Source: an uncultured Chloroflexia bacterium (GTDB lineage: Bacteria > Chloroflexota > Limnocylindria > Limnocylindrales > CSP1-4). From it: a stretch of DNA of 64,000 nt. Positions 19,029 through 31,288 of this stretch are shown here, one piece after another. How positions within the stretch are numbered: the first letter of the stretch is position 1; the number at the start of each line of letters is the position of its first letter. The stretch spans positions 352,001 through 416,000 of the forward strand of contig CAWEYL010000003.1 in assembly GCA_963813335.1 (NCBI GenBank). Reading direction: 5' to 3'. Under the pieces are notes generated by a model. That model saw only the letters and a program-made list of their open reading frames with translations, did no database searches and was not told where the DNA came from. The translations under genes and the position numbers were made by a program.

Positions 19029-21461
19029 ATGCCATACGGAGCGCCTGGCTTGCCCGATACCGGATCGGACGACCGACCACACCGCGGACGCCGCATCCGA
19101 CCGCCGCACTGGCTGGGACCTCGCGCGGTCCTCGTCGCGGCGGTGGTCGGCTCGGTGCTGGGCGCCTCCCTGCTCACGGCGGAGGTCGTCACCGACCACG
19201 TCCGCGATTCGGCCACCGACGAGGCCGTGCGCAGCGCCGAATCGGTGGTCCGCGCCTTCGTCGACCCGATCCTGACCGAGGGCGCGATGGGCACCCCCGA
19301 CAGCGCCGGCGGCCGGCAGATCGATGCCCAGCTCGAACGGCTGGTCGGGTCGGGCAACCTCCTCCGCATCAAGATCTGGGGTTCGGACGGCACCGTGCTG
19401 TTCTCCGACCTGCCGGCGCTGCGCGGCCAGCGCTTCGATGTCGATGCCGACCTGCAGGAAGCCTTCGCCGGCGAGATCTCGCACGACATCTCGGACGCCT
19501 CGGCAGCCGAGAACGAGTTCGAGCACGGCATCGCCGACCGGCTTGCTGGAGGTCTACCTCCCGGTCACCGGTCCGGATGGCAAGGTCATCGCCGCCTACG
19601 AGATCTACCAGGATGCGGCGGCCATCGACGCCAACATCGCTGCCACCGGCGCGATGTCTTCCTGATCGCGGCCGCGATCGCGATCCTGCTCGCGGCCCTG
19701 CTGATCGCCGCGTTCGACGGCACCTCGCGGCGACTCGACCGCCAGAACCGACGGCTCCGCCAGCTGACCGACACGCTGGCCGACAGCGAAGCGCGCTTCC
19801 GCTCCCTGGTCCAGCACGCCTCGGACCTCTTCGTGGTCGTCGACCGCGACGGACGGATCATGTACGAGAGCGTCGCGGTCGAACGGCTCCTCGGCTACAG
19901 CCCGGACGACCGGGTCGGCCAGGCCTTCGTCGACGAGGTCCATCCCGACGATCGCGACATCTTCCTGCGCCATCTCGCGGCCATCGCGGAGCGTCCTGAC
20001 GGGGAGATCGTGGGCGAGACACGGCTCCTGCATCGCGACGGCCGCTGGCTTGCCTTCGAATGGACCGCGCACAACCTGCTCGACGACCCGGCTGTCGGCG
20101 GCCTGGTCATCAACGCGCACGACGTGACCGAACGCACGGACCTCGAGGCCCAGCTCCGCCACCAGTCGTTCCACGACCCGCTGACCGGGCTCGCCAACCG
20201 CGGCCTCTTCACCGACCGCGTCGCCCACTCGCTCGCCCGGCGCCGCCGCGGCCGGGCGATGCCGGCGGTCCTGCTGATCGACCTCGACGACTTCAAGAAC
20301 GTCAACGACACCCTCGGCCACGGCTCCGGCGACCGCCTCCTCGTCGAGGTGTCGCGGCGCCTCACGGACACGATCCGCCCGGGCGACACCGCCTGCCGGC
20401 TGTCCGGCGACGAGTTCGCGGTCCTGCTCGAGGAGATCGGCGATGTCGCCCACGCCGTGGAGATCGCCGACCGGCTCCTCGCGCAGCTGGCGAGCCCCGT
20501 GGACATCGGTCGCGAGGTCTCCGTGACCGCCAGCGTCGGCATCGCCATGGTGGACACCGAGGTCGACGACGCGGACGACCTGCTCGCCCGGGCCGACGTC
20601 GCGATGTACGCGGCCAAGACCGCCGGCAAGGGCCGCCACGAGTGCTACGAGCCCGCGATGCGGGCACGGGCCTGGTCGCGCCTGGAGCTGGAGGCGGAGC
20701 TCCGCCGGGCGATCGGCGCCGGCCAGATCGCCGTCGTCTACCAGCCGATCATCGACCTGCGCAACCGCGCCCCGGTCGAGATGGAGGCGCTCATCCGCTG
20801 GGACCACCCGCAGCGCGGCCGCCTCGCCCCGGCCGACTTCATCGGCGTCGCCGAGGAGAGCGGGCTGATCGTGCCGCTCGGACGGTTCGTCCTCGAGGAG
20901 GCCTGCCGGCAGGCGAGCGCGTGGCCCCGCCAGCCCGGCGGCCGTCCGATCGACCTGAGCGTCAACCTCTCGAGCCGCCAGTTCCGCGACCCCGGGCTGC
21001 TCGAGACGATCTCGTCGGCGCTCGAACGGGCGGACCTCTCGCCGTCGAACCTCAAGCTCGAGATCACCGAGTCCGCGATGCTCGACGCCGACGCCTCGGA
21101 CCTCCTGATGCGGCGCATCCGGGACCTCGGGGTGCGCATCGCCGTCGACGACTTCGGGACCGGGTTCTCCGGCCTCAGCTACTTCCAGCGCTTCCCGCTC
21201 GACACGCTCAAGATCGACCGGTCCTTCGTCGCCGGGCTGGGCCGCGACCCGCGCAGTGGTGCCATCGTCCACGCCACGATCGCGTTCGCGAAGGCGCTCG
21301 GGCTGACGGTCACCGCCGAGGGCATCGAGACCGAGGACCAGTTCGAGCGGGTCCGCGCGCTCGGCGCCGACCTCGGCCAGGGCTACCTGTTCTCGAAGCC
21401 GCTCGAGGCGGCCGCCGTCGCGCCGTACCTCGCCGCCGCCCGGAAGGCCAGCGCCGCCTAG
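19029..21461 (+). CDS. Membrane PAS-GGDEF-EAL protein (compensating frameshifts near 19540-19650)
   Basis: HDPLTGLANR, SGDEF, MEALIRW, DDFGTG, LKIDRSF, AEGIET, QGY. Confidence 0.93.
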   Translation: MPYGAPGLPDTGSDDRPHRGRRIRPPHWLGPRAVLVAAVVGSVLGASLLTAEVVTDHVRDSATDEAVRSAESVVRAFVDPILTEGAMGTPDSAGGRQIDAQLERLVGSGNLLRIKIWGSDGTVLFSDLPALRGQRFDVDADLQEAFAGEISHDISDASAAENEFEHGIADRLAGGLPPGHRSGWQGHRRLRDLPGCGGHRRQHRCHRRDVFLIAAAIAILLAALLIAAFDGTSRRLDRQNRRLRQLTDTLADSEARFRSLVQHASDLFVVVDRDGRIMYESVAVERLLGYSPDDRVGQAFVDEVHPDDRDIFLRHLAAIAERPDGEIVGETRLLHRDGRWLAFEWTAHNLLDDPAVGGLVINAHDVTERTDLEAQLRHQSFHDPLTGLANRGLFTDRVAHSLARRRRGRAMPAVLLIDLDDFKNVNDTLGHGSGDRLLVEVSRRLTDTIRPGDTACRLSGDEFAVLLEEIGDVAHAVEIADRLLAQLASPVDIGREVSVTASVGIAMVDTEVDDADDLLARADVAMYAAKTAGKGRHECYEPAMRARAWSRLELEAELRRAIGAGQIAVVYQPIIDLRNRAPVEMEALIRWDHPQRGRLAPADFIGVAEESGLIVPLGRFVLEEACRQASAWPRQPGGRPIDLSVNLSSRQFRDPGLLETISSALERADLSPSNLKLEITESAMLDADASDLLMRRIRDLGVRIAVDDFGTGFSGLSYFQRFPLDTLKIDRSFVAGLGRDPRSGAIVHATIAFAKALGLTVTAEGIETEDQFERVRALGADLGQGYLFSKPLEAAAVAPYLAAARKASAA

Positions 21462-22747
21462 TCGCCGATGGCCGTCTCGGCCTCGTGCGCCGCGTTCGAG
21501 CGGGCGCGCGCGTCGGCGTGGATCGGCAGCGTGCCGAGCGCGGCGAGCAGGAACGTCACGGCCATGAGCCCGAAGACGATCGGGACGCCGGCCGCCTTTC
21601 CGGCGCTCTGGATCACCACCCCGTAGAGGGCGGTCCACAACGAGCCGATGCCGAACGCGAACGCGAAGTAGACCGCATACGACGCGTCGCGGATCGATGG
21701 CGGCGCGATATCCCCCAGCAGCGCCTGGAGCTGCGGACTCTCGGCGAAGCTGAACAGCCCCATCAGGATGATCCCGGCCCACAGCCCGACGAGGGATGTG
21801 CCGGCGAGGAGGAACACGACGAACCCGAGCGCCCCGCCGAGGTAGACCCCCACGATCAGCGGCTTCCGGCCGATCCGGTCCGAGAGCCAGCCGGCCACCA
21901 GCGGCATCGGCACGGAAAAGACGATGAGCGCCCCGTACATCAACCCGGCTGTGGCCTCGTCGAAGCCGAGGACCTCGGTCAGGTAGATGAGCACGAACAG
22001 GTTGACCACGCCGAGGCCGCGGCCGCCGCCGCCCAGCGCCGACGTCAGGTACAGCCAGCGCAGGTCGCGGTCGCGCATGACCCGCCCGAGCGCGGTCCGG
22101 ACGCTGCCGCTCGCGATGGCGGCGGCGCGGTCCGTCCCGCGCTCCTTCACGAACGCCAGGATCAGCAGCGCGATGACGATCGCCGGGATGCCGAAGATGA
22201 CCGAGGTCCAGCGCCAGCCGACGAGGGCGATGAGCGGGACGCCCACGATGGCCACGACCACGGTCCCCACGTTGCCGCCGGCGATATGGGCGCTGATGGC
22301 GAACCCGCGCCGATCCGTCGGGAACTGCTCGGCCAGCAGGCCGTTGCCCACCGGGTGCTGCGGGGAGCCGCCGATCCGCGACGCGATATTCGGGATGGCG
22401 AACGTGGGCATGTTGACCGCGAGCGCCTGGAGGGCGAACCCGCCGCCGAACAGGATGCCGCCGCCGGCCAGGAGGCGCCGCCGCGAGACGAGTCGGGTCA
22501 GCGACGCGTAGCTCAGCTGGACGAGCCCGGACGCCACCGCCCCGATCGCCGCCAGGAAGGCGATGCTCTCCACGCTGACCCCGAACTCGTCGATGATCTT
22601 GAGGTAGATCAGCGGCAGCAGGACGGCCTGAGCGTGGTTGACGGCGTGCGCGACGGAGAGCAGGCCGAGCGAGCGCATCGGCCGGATCTCGGCCACGTCG
22701 TGCATCCGCGTATCGTGCGGCATCGTTGGCCTATCGCGTCGGTCCAA
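21458..22747 (-). CDS. MFS transporter
   Basis: Multiple TM helices; AHAVNH; GWLSDRIGRK. Confidence 0.9.
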   Translation of the reverse strand: MDRRDRPTMPHDTRMHDVAEIRPMRSLGLLSVAHAVNHAQAVLLPLIYLKIIDEFGVSVESIAFLAAIGAVASGLVQLSYASLTRLVSRRRLLAGGGILFGGGFALQALAVNMPTFAIPNIASRIGGSPQHPVGNGLLAEQFPTDRRGFAISAHIAGGNVGTVVVAIVGVPLIALVGWRWTSVIFGIPAIVIALLILAFVKERGTDRAAAIASGSVRTALGRVMRDRDLRWLYLTSALGGGGRGLGVVNLFVLIYLTEVLGFDEATAGLMYGALIVFSVPMPLVAGWLSDRIGRKPLIVGVYLGGALGFVVFLLAGTSLVGLWAGIILMGLFSFAESPQLQALLGDIAPPSIRDASYAVYFAFAFGIGSLWTALYGVVIQSAGKAAGVPIVFGLMAVTFLLAALGTLPIHADARARSNAAHEAETAIGD

Positions 22748-22799
22748 GATGCGCGCCGCCGCACGACGCGGTTGCCGCGCCGGGGGGCCGGCGCGGCCG

Positions 22800-23309
22800 T
22801 CACGATCGCGCGAGGCGCTCCTTCAGGCTGGCCCGGCCGCGCGACAGCCAGCTGGCGACGGTCCCCTGCGGCACCTGGAGGATCGACGCGATCTCGGCGT
22901 GGGTGTAGCCGTCGACCGCACTGAGGAGGAGCGCGGTGCGCGTCCGCGGCTCGAGGGACGAGAGCGCCACCCACAGGTCCGGGTCCACTGGATCGACCCA
23001 GGGCACCGGGTCGAGCCGCGCGAGCGCGGCGACGAGCCGGCGGCGCCCGCGGAGCTGGTTGAATGCCAGGCGCAGCGCGATCGTGTATAGCCAGGCGCGG
23101 ACATCGGTGCCGTCGAACCGGTCCCACGACCGGAACGCCCGCAGGTACGCATCCTGGGCGACGTCCTCGGCGTCGTGCTCGTTGCCCAGGACCAGCACGA
23201 GCCGACGCAGGAGTGCGGGGTAGTGAGGCTGGACGGCCGCCTCGAACGCGGCCGTGTCCTCCCGGCCCGAACCGGTCACGACGGCGAGGGGCTGTCGGAC
23301 GGTCTCCAT
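22800..23309 (-). CDS. ECF RNA polymerase sigma factor
   Basis: DAEDVAQDAY, AWLYTIA, EIASILQVPQGTVASWLSR. Confidence 0.9.
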   Translation of the reverse strand: METVRQPLAVVTGSGREDTAAFEAAVQPHYPALLRRLVLVLGNEHDAEDVAQDAYLRAFRSWDRFDGTDVRAWLYTIALRLAFNQLRGRRRLVAALARLDPVPWVDPVDPDLWVALSSLEPRTRTALLLSAVDGYTHAEIASILQVPQGTVASWLSRGRASLKERLARS

Positions 23310-23821
23310 CACGGCATCGGCAGGTCCGGGCAGGCCCCGGTCCCGGTGGCACCGACCCGCTGGTCGACGACCATGATCACGCTGCCGTCCTCCAGGAGCG
23401 AGCCCGGCACGACGTAGCCGTGCGCCGGCGGCGTCGTCCGCTGGATGCTCGACCCCTCGCCCTTGACGCCCGCGGTCCCGGACTCCACCTGCCAGGTGAC
23501 CGTCGTGAAGCCGTGCGCGGCGAGCAGCGCCGCGGCCTGCGGCGGTGTCAGGCATTCCATGTGGGCGCCGGCCATCGGCTGGCCGTCGTTCTGGATGCCC
23601 GGGTAGCCCCTGACCAGCCCGCTGGCCACGACCGCGGCGCCAGCGGTCGCGGCGATGGCGAGGACGAGGACGGGTGCCGCGCTGAGCGACAGGGCGAACC
23701 GGCGGGATCGCCGACCGGTCGCACCGAGCGCCGGTGGGGCGCCGGCGACCGGCACGCGTGATTCCATCGCCGCGAGGCGCCGGTCGAGACCGGCGTCGAG
23801 ATCCAGGTCGAGGTCGTGCAT
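23309..23821 (-). CDS. Putative membrane-anchored anti-sigma/hypothetical protein
   Basis: Short N-terminus, TM helix, small extracytoplasmic domain with 2 Cys; abuts the ECF gene. Confidence 0.6.
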   Translation of the reverse strand: MHDLDLDLDAGLDRRLAAMESRVPVAGAPPALGATGRRSRRFALSLSAAPVLVLAIAATAGAAVVASGLVRGYPGIQNDGQPMAGAHMECLTPPQAAALLAAHGFTTVTWQVESGTAGVKGEGSSIQRTTPPAHGYVVPGSLLEDGSVIMVVDQRVGATGTGACPDLPMP

Positions 23822-23955
23822 GTCAGGTCTCCAGTGACCCGGGGCCGCCGGTCCAGCCCGGCCATCTTCCCCTGTCGACCTCTACAACACCGCAGCGCCG
23901 CAGATCCATGCAGCCCGCCGCGGCCGGGGGCGCGATCCCCGGCCCGGCGCCGGTC

Positions 23956-24213
23956 CTACTTGTGCTTGGGGACCTCGTAGAGGTCGGCCTGCGTCGTCTT
24001 GTGGCTCGACCCGGACCCGCTCGACCCCGTGCCGCCCTGCTTCGGGAGGATGTACAGGATCATCAGGGCGATCGGGCCGAAGATGATCCCCATGGCCCCC
24101 CAGACCGCGGCGCGTCGCCCGAACTTCGGGGCGCCGCGATACGCGTAGATCGCGCACACGACCCAGACGACGGCTCCGGTGATGAGCAGTCCACCGGTGT
24201 AGATCGGGTCCAT
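23956..24213 (-). CDS. Small two-TM membrane protein
   Basis: MDPIYTGG...GRRAAVWGAMGIIFGPIAL; GGAGG RBS. Confidence 0.75.
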   Translation of the reverse strand: MDPIYTGGLLITGAVVWVVCAIYAYRGAPKFGRRAAVWGAMGIIFGPIALMILYILPKQGGTGSSGSGSSHKTTQADLYEVPKHK

Positions 24214-24288
24214 GGATCCTCCATTCGGCCGACGGCCTTGGCTCAGTCGAGTCGCGGTCGCCTCCGGGCACCGTCGCGCGACAAGGAT

Positions 24289-24320
24289 ACCGCCCGGCCG
24301 GGAAGCCCCGGCCGGGCGGT
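24289..24320 (-). terminator. Stem-loop downstream of the glutamine synthetase gene
   Basis: Perfect 14-bp stem ACCGCCCGGCCGGG/CCCGGCCGGGCGGT with a 4-nt loop. Confidence 0.7.
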
Positions 24321-24359
24321 CGTGCGGCGGTCGACGGCCCGCTCGACGCGGGCCAGCTC

Positions 24360-26504
<2,145 letters not shown>

Positions 26505-26649
26505 GGGTCTCCTGTCGGTGCCTCGGCGTCGCGGGACGCCGCACTGCTCGTCGTGTCGTAACGGTAGCAGCGGGTCGGGTTGCGGTTCAGTACCCGTCCG
26601 TCCGTCGCAACCTTGTGCATCGGCGTTAGCGTGCCGCTCCGGGCCGGCG

Positions 26650-28116
26650 TCAGGCGCCGCCCGGGGCGGGCGTCTCCCCCGGCCGGCGGACCGCCACCAG
26701 GTCGTCGAGCAGCCGGCCGAACTCCCGCTCGACGTCGACGTAGCGGTCCGAGCGCCACACGACCGCCAGGCGTCCGTCCGCGGTCAGCCGCGTCCAGACG
26801 CGGCGGCGCGGCAGGTAGAACGTGATCGTGATCCCGGCGATCAGCGAGATGAACGCGAGCCAGATGATGCCCTGCCCCGGGTCGTGCTTGGCGATCAGCA
26901 GCGTGTACGCCCCGACGTCCTGCAGCTGGACCGACAGCCCCAGCTGATCCGACACGCGGGTGTCGCCGGGACTGAGGGTCGTGGCGTCGTAGTTCCGGGT
27001 GATCGGCGTCCCGTCCGGGTTCTCGCCGACCACCTGGTACGGCAGCATCAGCACGACCGTCGTCCCGTCGTCCGCCTTGCGCAGCAGGAGCTGGAGGCCG
27101 ATGTCCCGGCCGGGGACGGCGAGGATGCCGTAGGGGGAGCCGTCCGCCGCGTCGGTCAGCGGCACGGCGCCGTCCCACAGCGGCCGCCCCGCCGCGTCCT
27201 TGACGATGAGGTACGGCGCCGGTCCGAAGCCGTTCTGGTGGAACGTGTAGCCGCCGATCGAGAGCGGGTCGTTGACGCGGATGGTCTTGCGCGCGATCTC
27301 CTGGCCGTTCTGGTAGACCGCGAGATCCGTGGTGAAGTCGGACGCCTGGCCGGTCTCGAACCCGGGCGCCTCGAAATCGAGGTTCTTCACCAGCAGCAGG
27401 CCGGGCGTGCCGATCGGCTGGACCGTGAGCGACTCGCCCTCGGGCACGACCAGGCCCTGCTCGTCGCCGAGCCGCGACGTCACCGCCGCCGCGACGAGGA
27501 ATAGCACCAGCCCGGTGTGGGTGAGCAGCGTCGCCATCTTGGTGAACTGGTGGCGGTCGCCGTAGAGGAACGTCGTGCCGTCCTCGCCGGTCGCCTCGCG
27601 GACCCGGAAGTGGTTGCGCCGCAGGACCGAGCGGGCGTCCGCTGCGGCCACGCCGGTCATCGCCGCGCGGTCCGGGAGCCGCGGGTCGAAGTACGGCTCC
27701 GGCTGGTCCACCCGGATGTCCGCGACGCCGCGCCACAGCTTGGGCGTGCGGTCGAGCGTGCACACGACGATGGAGACGACCAGCAGCGTGAGGCCGGCGC
27801 TGAACCAGACGGAACGGAAGATCGAGAAGACCGACAGCCGCTCCAGGACGTCGACGAGCGCGGTGCCCATGACCGGGTCGTAGCGGCCGTGGATGTCGTC
27901 CATCGCGGCGGCATAGTCGCCGGCCGAGCGGAAGGCGAAGTCCGGGAGCTGCTTGATGGTCATCCCGACGATGGCCATGACCAGCAGCACGATGATCTGC
28001 GCGACCGCGAAGTCGACCGAGGTCAGCAGGCGCCAGATCCCGCGCCCGACCCGGGCGAGGGGGTTCGACGGGGCGGGTCGGGTGATGGCGGCCGGGACGG
28101 CCGTCCGGGTCGCGAT
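26650..28116 (-). CDS. resB: Cytochrome c biogenesis protein ResB/CcsB
   Basis: WRLLTS, IFRSVWF, TIRVNDPL, DPG, LPRRRVW; start codon uncertain. Confidence 0.85.
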   Translation of the reverse strand: MATRTAVPAAITRPAPSNPLARVGRGIWRLLTSVDFAVAQIIVLLVMAIVGMTIKQLPDFAFRSAGDYAAAMDDIHGRYDPVMGTALVDVLERLSVFSIFRSVWFSAGLTLLVVSIVVCTLDRTPKLWRGVADIRVDQPEPYFDPRLPDRAAMTGVAAADARSVLRRNHFRVREATGEDGTTFLYGDRHQFTKMATLLTHTGLVLFLVAAAVTSRLGDEQGLVVPEGESLTVQPIGTPGLLLVKNLDFEAPGFETGQASDFTTDLAVYQNGQEIARKTIRVNDPLSIGGYTFHQNGFGPAPYLIVKDAAGRPLWDGAVPLTDAADGSPYGILAVPGRDIGLQLLLRKADDGTTVVLMLPYQVVGENPDGTPITRNYDATTLSPGDTRVSDQLGLSVQLQDVGAYTLLIAKHDPGQGIIWLAFISLIAGITITFYLPRRRVWTRLTADGRLAVVWRSDRYVDVEREFGRLLDDLVAVRRPGETPAPGGA

Positions 28117-28126
28117 GGCGGGACTC

Positions 28127-29380
28127 CTAGACGGCGGCCGGGGTCGCGGGAGGGGCGGCGGCGCGCGCGGTCGCGAGGGCGTCCGCGATGTCCGCCTCGA
28201 TGTCCTCGACGTCCTCGAGACCGACCGAGACGCGGAGCAGGCCCGGCGAGATGCCGGCCGCCAGCAGCTCGGCCTCGGACATCTGGCGCTGCGAGGTGGA
28301 CGGCGGGTGGACGACCATCGTGTGGACACTGCCGAGCGAGGCGGTCAGCTCGGGGAGGGTCAGCGCGTCGATGAGCGCCTGGCCCGCCGCACGGCCGCCG
28401 GCGACCTCGAAGGCGAGCATGCCGCCCGCGGCGCCTGGCCGGAACTGGCGGATGGCGGTGGCGTGCTGGGGGTGGCTCGGGAGGCCGGGGTAGAGCACGC
28501 GGTCGACGCCGTCCTGACGCTCGAGCCACTCGGCGAGGGCCAGCGCGTTGCGGGCGTGCTGTGCGCCGCGCACGCCCAGGGTCAGCATGCCGCGCAGGAC
28601 CAGGAACGCCTCGAACGGGCCGAGCGTGGCCCCGGTCTCGATCTGGACCCGCTCGACCTCGGCGACCCACGCGGCCGGGCCGGCGACGACGCCGGCGATC
28701 AGATCGCTGTGCCCGCCCAGGAACTTGGTGGCGGACTCGACCACCAGGTCGGCGCCCAGCTCCAACGGCCGGCAGATGTACGGGCTGGCGAACGTGTTGT
28801 CGACGACGTACGCCGCCCCATGGCGATGGGCCAGCTCGGACAGGGCGGCGTGGTCGCTGACGAACGTCGTCGGGTTCGCGATGGTCTCGGCGTAGAGGAC
28901 CCGGGTGGGGGCGGCCTCGAGCGCGGTGGCCACGGCGTCGAGATCGGTCATGTCGACGATGTCGATGCGGACCCCGAACCCGCCGAAGGTGCGCAGCATC
29001 TGAGTCCGGGTGGAGCCGTAGACGGCCGCCGGCGCGACGATCCGGTCGCCGGTGCGGACCAGGGACGCGAGCGCGGCGTGGATCGCGCCCATGCCGGAGG
29101 CCAACGCGACCCCTGCCTCGCCCGAGGCGATCTCCGCGTAGGCCGCGCCGAGGGCGGCCGTGGTCGGGTTGGCGATCCGGCTGTAGGCGTAGCCGCCGCG
29201 CGGGTCGGCGGCTGCCCGGCCGAGCTCCTCGGCGTCGGCGGAGGCGAAGGTGGCGGTCTGGTAGATCGGGACGCTGGTCGGCGTCTGCTCGATCCGGGGG
29301 ATGCGCGACGCGGCGCGGATCGCGCGGGTCGAGAAGCCACGGGCCGGTCCGTCCGGGCCGCGCACGTCGGGGTCGCTCAC
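28127..29380 (-). CDS. PLP-dependent trans-sulfuration enzyme (cystathionine gamma-synthase/lyase family)
   Basis: PIYQTATF, YSRIANPT, SGMGAI, VDNTFA, SATKFLGGHSD, LRVSVGLE. Confidence 0.93.
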   Translation of the reverse strand: MSDPDVRGPDGPARGFSTRAIRAASRIPRIEQTPTSVPIYQTATFASADAEELGRAAADPRGGYAYSRIANPTTAALGAAYAEIASGEAGVALASGMGAIHAALASLVRTGDRIVAPAAVYGSTRTQMLRTFGGFGVRIDIVDMTDLDAVATALEAAPTRVLYAETIANPTTFVSDHAALSELAHRHGAAYVVDNTFASPYICRPLELGADLVVESATKFLGGHSDLIAGVVAGPAAWVAEVERVQIETGATLGPFEAFLVLRGMLTLGVRGAQHARNALALAEWLERQDGVDRVLYPGLPSHPQHATAIRQFRPGAAGGMLAFEVAGGRAAGQALIDALTLPELTASLGSVHTMVVHPPSTSQRQMSEAELLAAGISPGLLRVSVGLEDVEDIEADIADALATARAAAPPATPAAV

Positions 29381-29424
29381 GGCCGGATGCTACACCGGTC
29401 TCGCGCGGCGGGGGTCGAGCCCGC

Positions 29425-30651
29425 CTAGACCGCCCGCTGGAGCGGCATCGCCACGCCGGTGACGCGGTCCTTGCCGGCCCGCTTGGACACGTACATCGCG
29501 TTGTCCGCGCTGATCATCAGCTCGTCGACGCTGCGGCCGTCATCGGGGTAGGCCACGACCCCGACGGAGAGCGACGGGCGCGGCGCCCCGATGGGCAGTT
29601 CCAGCGGCATCGTGCGGACCCCGATCCGGATCTTCTCGGCCAGGACGAATGCCCCGGTCGGGTCGGTCTCGGGGAGCACCACCACGAACTCGTCGCCGCC
29701 GTAGCGGGCGGCAGTGTCGATGCGCCGGATGCTGGTCTCGATCACCTCGCCGACCGCGCGCAGGACGCGGTCGCCGTGGAAGTGCCCCGCCCGGTCGTTG
29801 ACGGTCTTGAGCTCGTCGACGTCCATCATCAGCAGGCAGAACCCGCGGCCCGAGCGCGCCGAGCGGGCGATCTCGCGGTCGATCGCGGCGAAGAAGAACG
29901 TCCGGTTGAAGAGCCCGGTGAGCGGGTCCACGGTCGAGAGCCGGATGGCCGCGTCGCGGGCGCGGCGCTGTTCCCGGCCGATGACCATCGACACGAACGC
30001 CAGCAGGACGAGGGCCGTCAGGTTGACCGTCACGTACGCCAGCTCGGTGGAGCCGAGCGATCCGGACGCCGAGCCGGCCAGCACCGCGATCACGTAGCCG
30101 AGGGCCGCGATCAGCGTGAGGACCACCGTGATCCGCCCCGGGACGACCAGCGCCGCGCCGGCCACGACCAGCGGGAAGGCGAAGAAGAACGGGCTCGCCG
30201 CGCCACCGGTCAGGGCGACCAGCAGTGAGGCACCGATGAGCGCGGCCGCGCCCTCGAGGACGTACCGGGCGGACCCGAGCACGTCGGACGGCATCAGGTC
30301 GTGGACGAGGACGATGAACAGGCCGCCGAGGGCGAGGAGGACGAGGATCGCGGGCTGCGTGTCCGGCCAGAGGCCGCTGACCGCCACGATGACGGTGGTC
30401 GCCATCAAGAAGGTCCAGGCCACGATGCGCACGACCCGGTCGTAGCCGGGCATCGGATCGCCCTCGGGCGGGACGATGTCGTCGACCCCGAGGATGGCCG
30501 CCGCCTCGGCGTGGCGCGGCGGGCTCTGGGCGACGCCGCCGGTCCCCCATCCGGACGCGTCGACCAGCACGGGGACGACGAGGGCGGCCATCAGCCCGAA
30601 GTTCGCTGCCACCGCGACCACGATGAGGGCGAGGATCGCCTCGACCGGCAA
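29425..30651 (-). CDS. Membrane diguanylate cyclase
   Basis: Multiple TMs; DPLTGLFNR; RYGGDEF. Confidence 0.92.
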   Translation of the reverse strand: MPVEAILALIVVAVAANFGLMAALVVPVLVDASGWGTGGVAQSPPRHAEAAAILGVDDIVPPEGDPMPGYDRVVRIVAWTFLMATTVIVAVSGLWPDTQPAILVLLALGGLFIVLVHDLMPSDVLGSARYVLEGAAALIGASLLVALTGGAASPFFFAFPLVVAGAALVVPGRITVVLTLIAALGYVIAVLAGSASGSLGSTELAYVTVNLTALVLLAFVSMVIGREQRRARDAAIRLSTVDPLTGLFNRTFFFAAIDREIARSARSGRGFCLLMMDVDELKTVNDRAGHFHGDRVLRAVGEVIETSIRRIDTAARYGGDEFVVVLPETDPTGAFVLAEKIRIGVRTMPLELPIGAPRPSLSVGVVAYPDDGRSVDELMISADNAMYVSKRAGKDRVTGVAMPLQRAV

Positions 30652-30790
30652 CGTCCAACCTCACGACAGGGTGCGTCGAACGCCGCCAGCGCGCGCCCGA
30701 CAGAGGGTCATCTTAGCGGCTGGACGGGTGGGCTCCGGGGCGGAGCGGACGCCTCCGGTGCGGTGGGGCACCAGCTTGCGCGACGGGTCC

Positions 30791-31288
30791 CTAGCGGACC
30801 CCCCACTGGTAGCTCTGCTTCACGAGCCGGAGGTAGACGAACGTCTCCGTCTCGCGCACGCCCTCGATCGCCCGCAGGCGCTCGGCGAGGAAGCGCAGGA
30901 GCGATTCGTTGTCCTCGCAGACGGTCTCCACGAGGAGGTCGTACGTCCCCGCGGTGATGACCACGTAGTCGACCTCCGGCATGGCCGCGAGCTCCTCGGC
31001 CACGGCCACCAGCCGGTCGCTCTGGCAGCGGACGCCGACCATGGCCATCTGGTGGAAGCCGAGCTTGAGGGGGTCCGTCACCCCGACCACCTGGAGGATC
31101 CCGCGCTCGATGAGGCGGTTCGTGCGGGCGCGGACCGCCGCTTCCGACACCCCGAGCTCGGCGGCGATCTGGGTGAACGGGCGCCGCCCATCGGCCTGGA
31201 GGTGCTCGATGATCCGCTTGTCGAGGTCGGACACGTCCTCGACGTTCCTGCCGTTGCGAGATCGAGCTGGGCGTCCATTGGCGGTCAT
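30791..31288 (-). CDS. Lrp/AsnC family regulator
   Basis: DLDKRIIEHLQADGRRPFTQIA...SEAAVRAR; AGTYDLL. Confidence 0.92.
   Translation of the reverse strand: MTANGRPARSRNGRNVEDVSDLDKRIIEHLQADGRRPFTQIAAELGVSEAAVRARTNRLIERGILQVVGVTDPLKLGFHQMAMVGVRCQSDRLVAVAEELAAMPEVDYVVITAGTYDLLVETVCEDNESLLRFLAERLRAIEGVRETETFVYLRLVKQSYQWGVR

Noticed and set aside
19605-22924. Long antisense or alternate-frame ORFs (e.g. 19605-21782, 20060-22924, and similar ones across the window)
   Set aside because: Arg/Pro/Gly-rich shadow ORFs typical of high-GC DNA, overlapping well-supported genes.
26505-26649. Possible riboswitch or nitrogen-regulator box upstream of the glutamine synthetase gene
   Set aside because: Only weak GGTTGCG/CGCAACC pairing and a lone GTTAC; no convincing motif.
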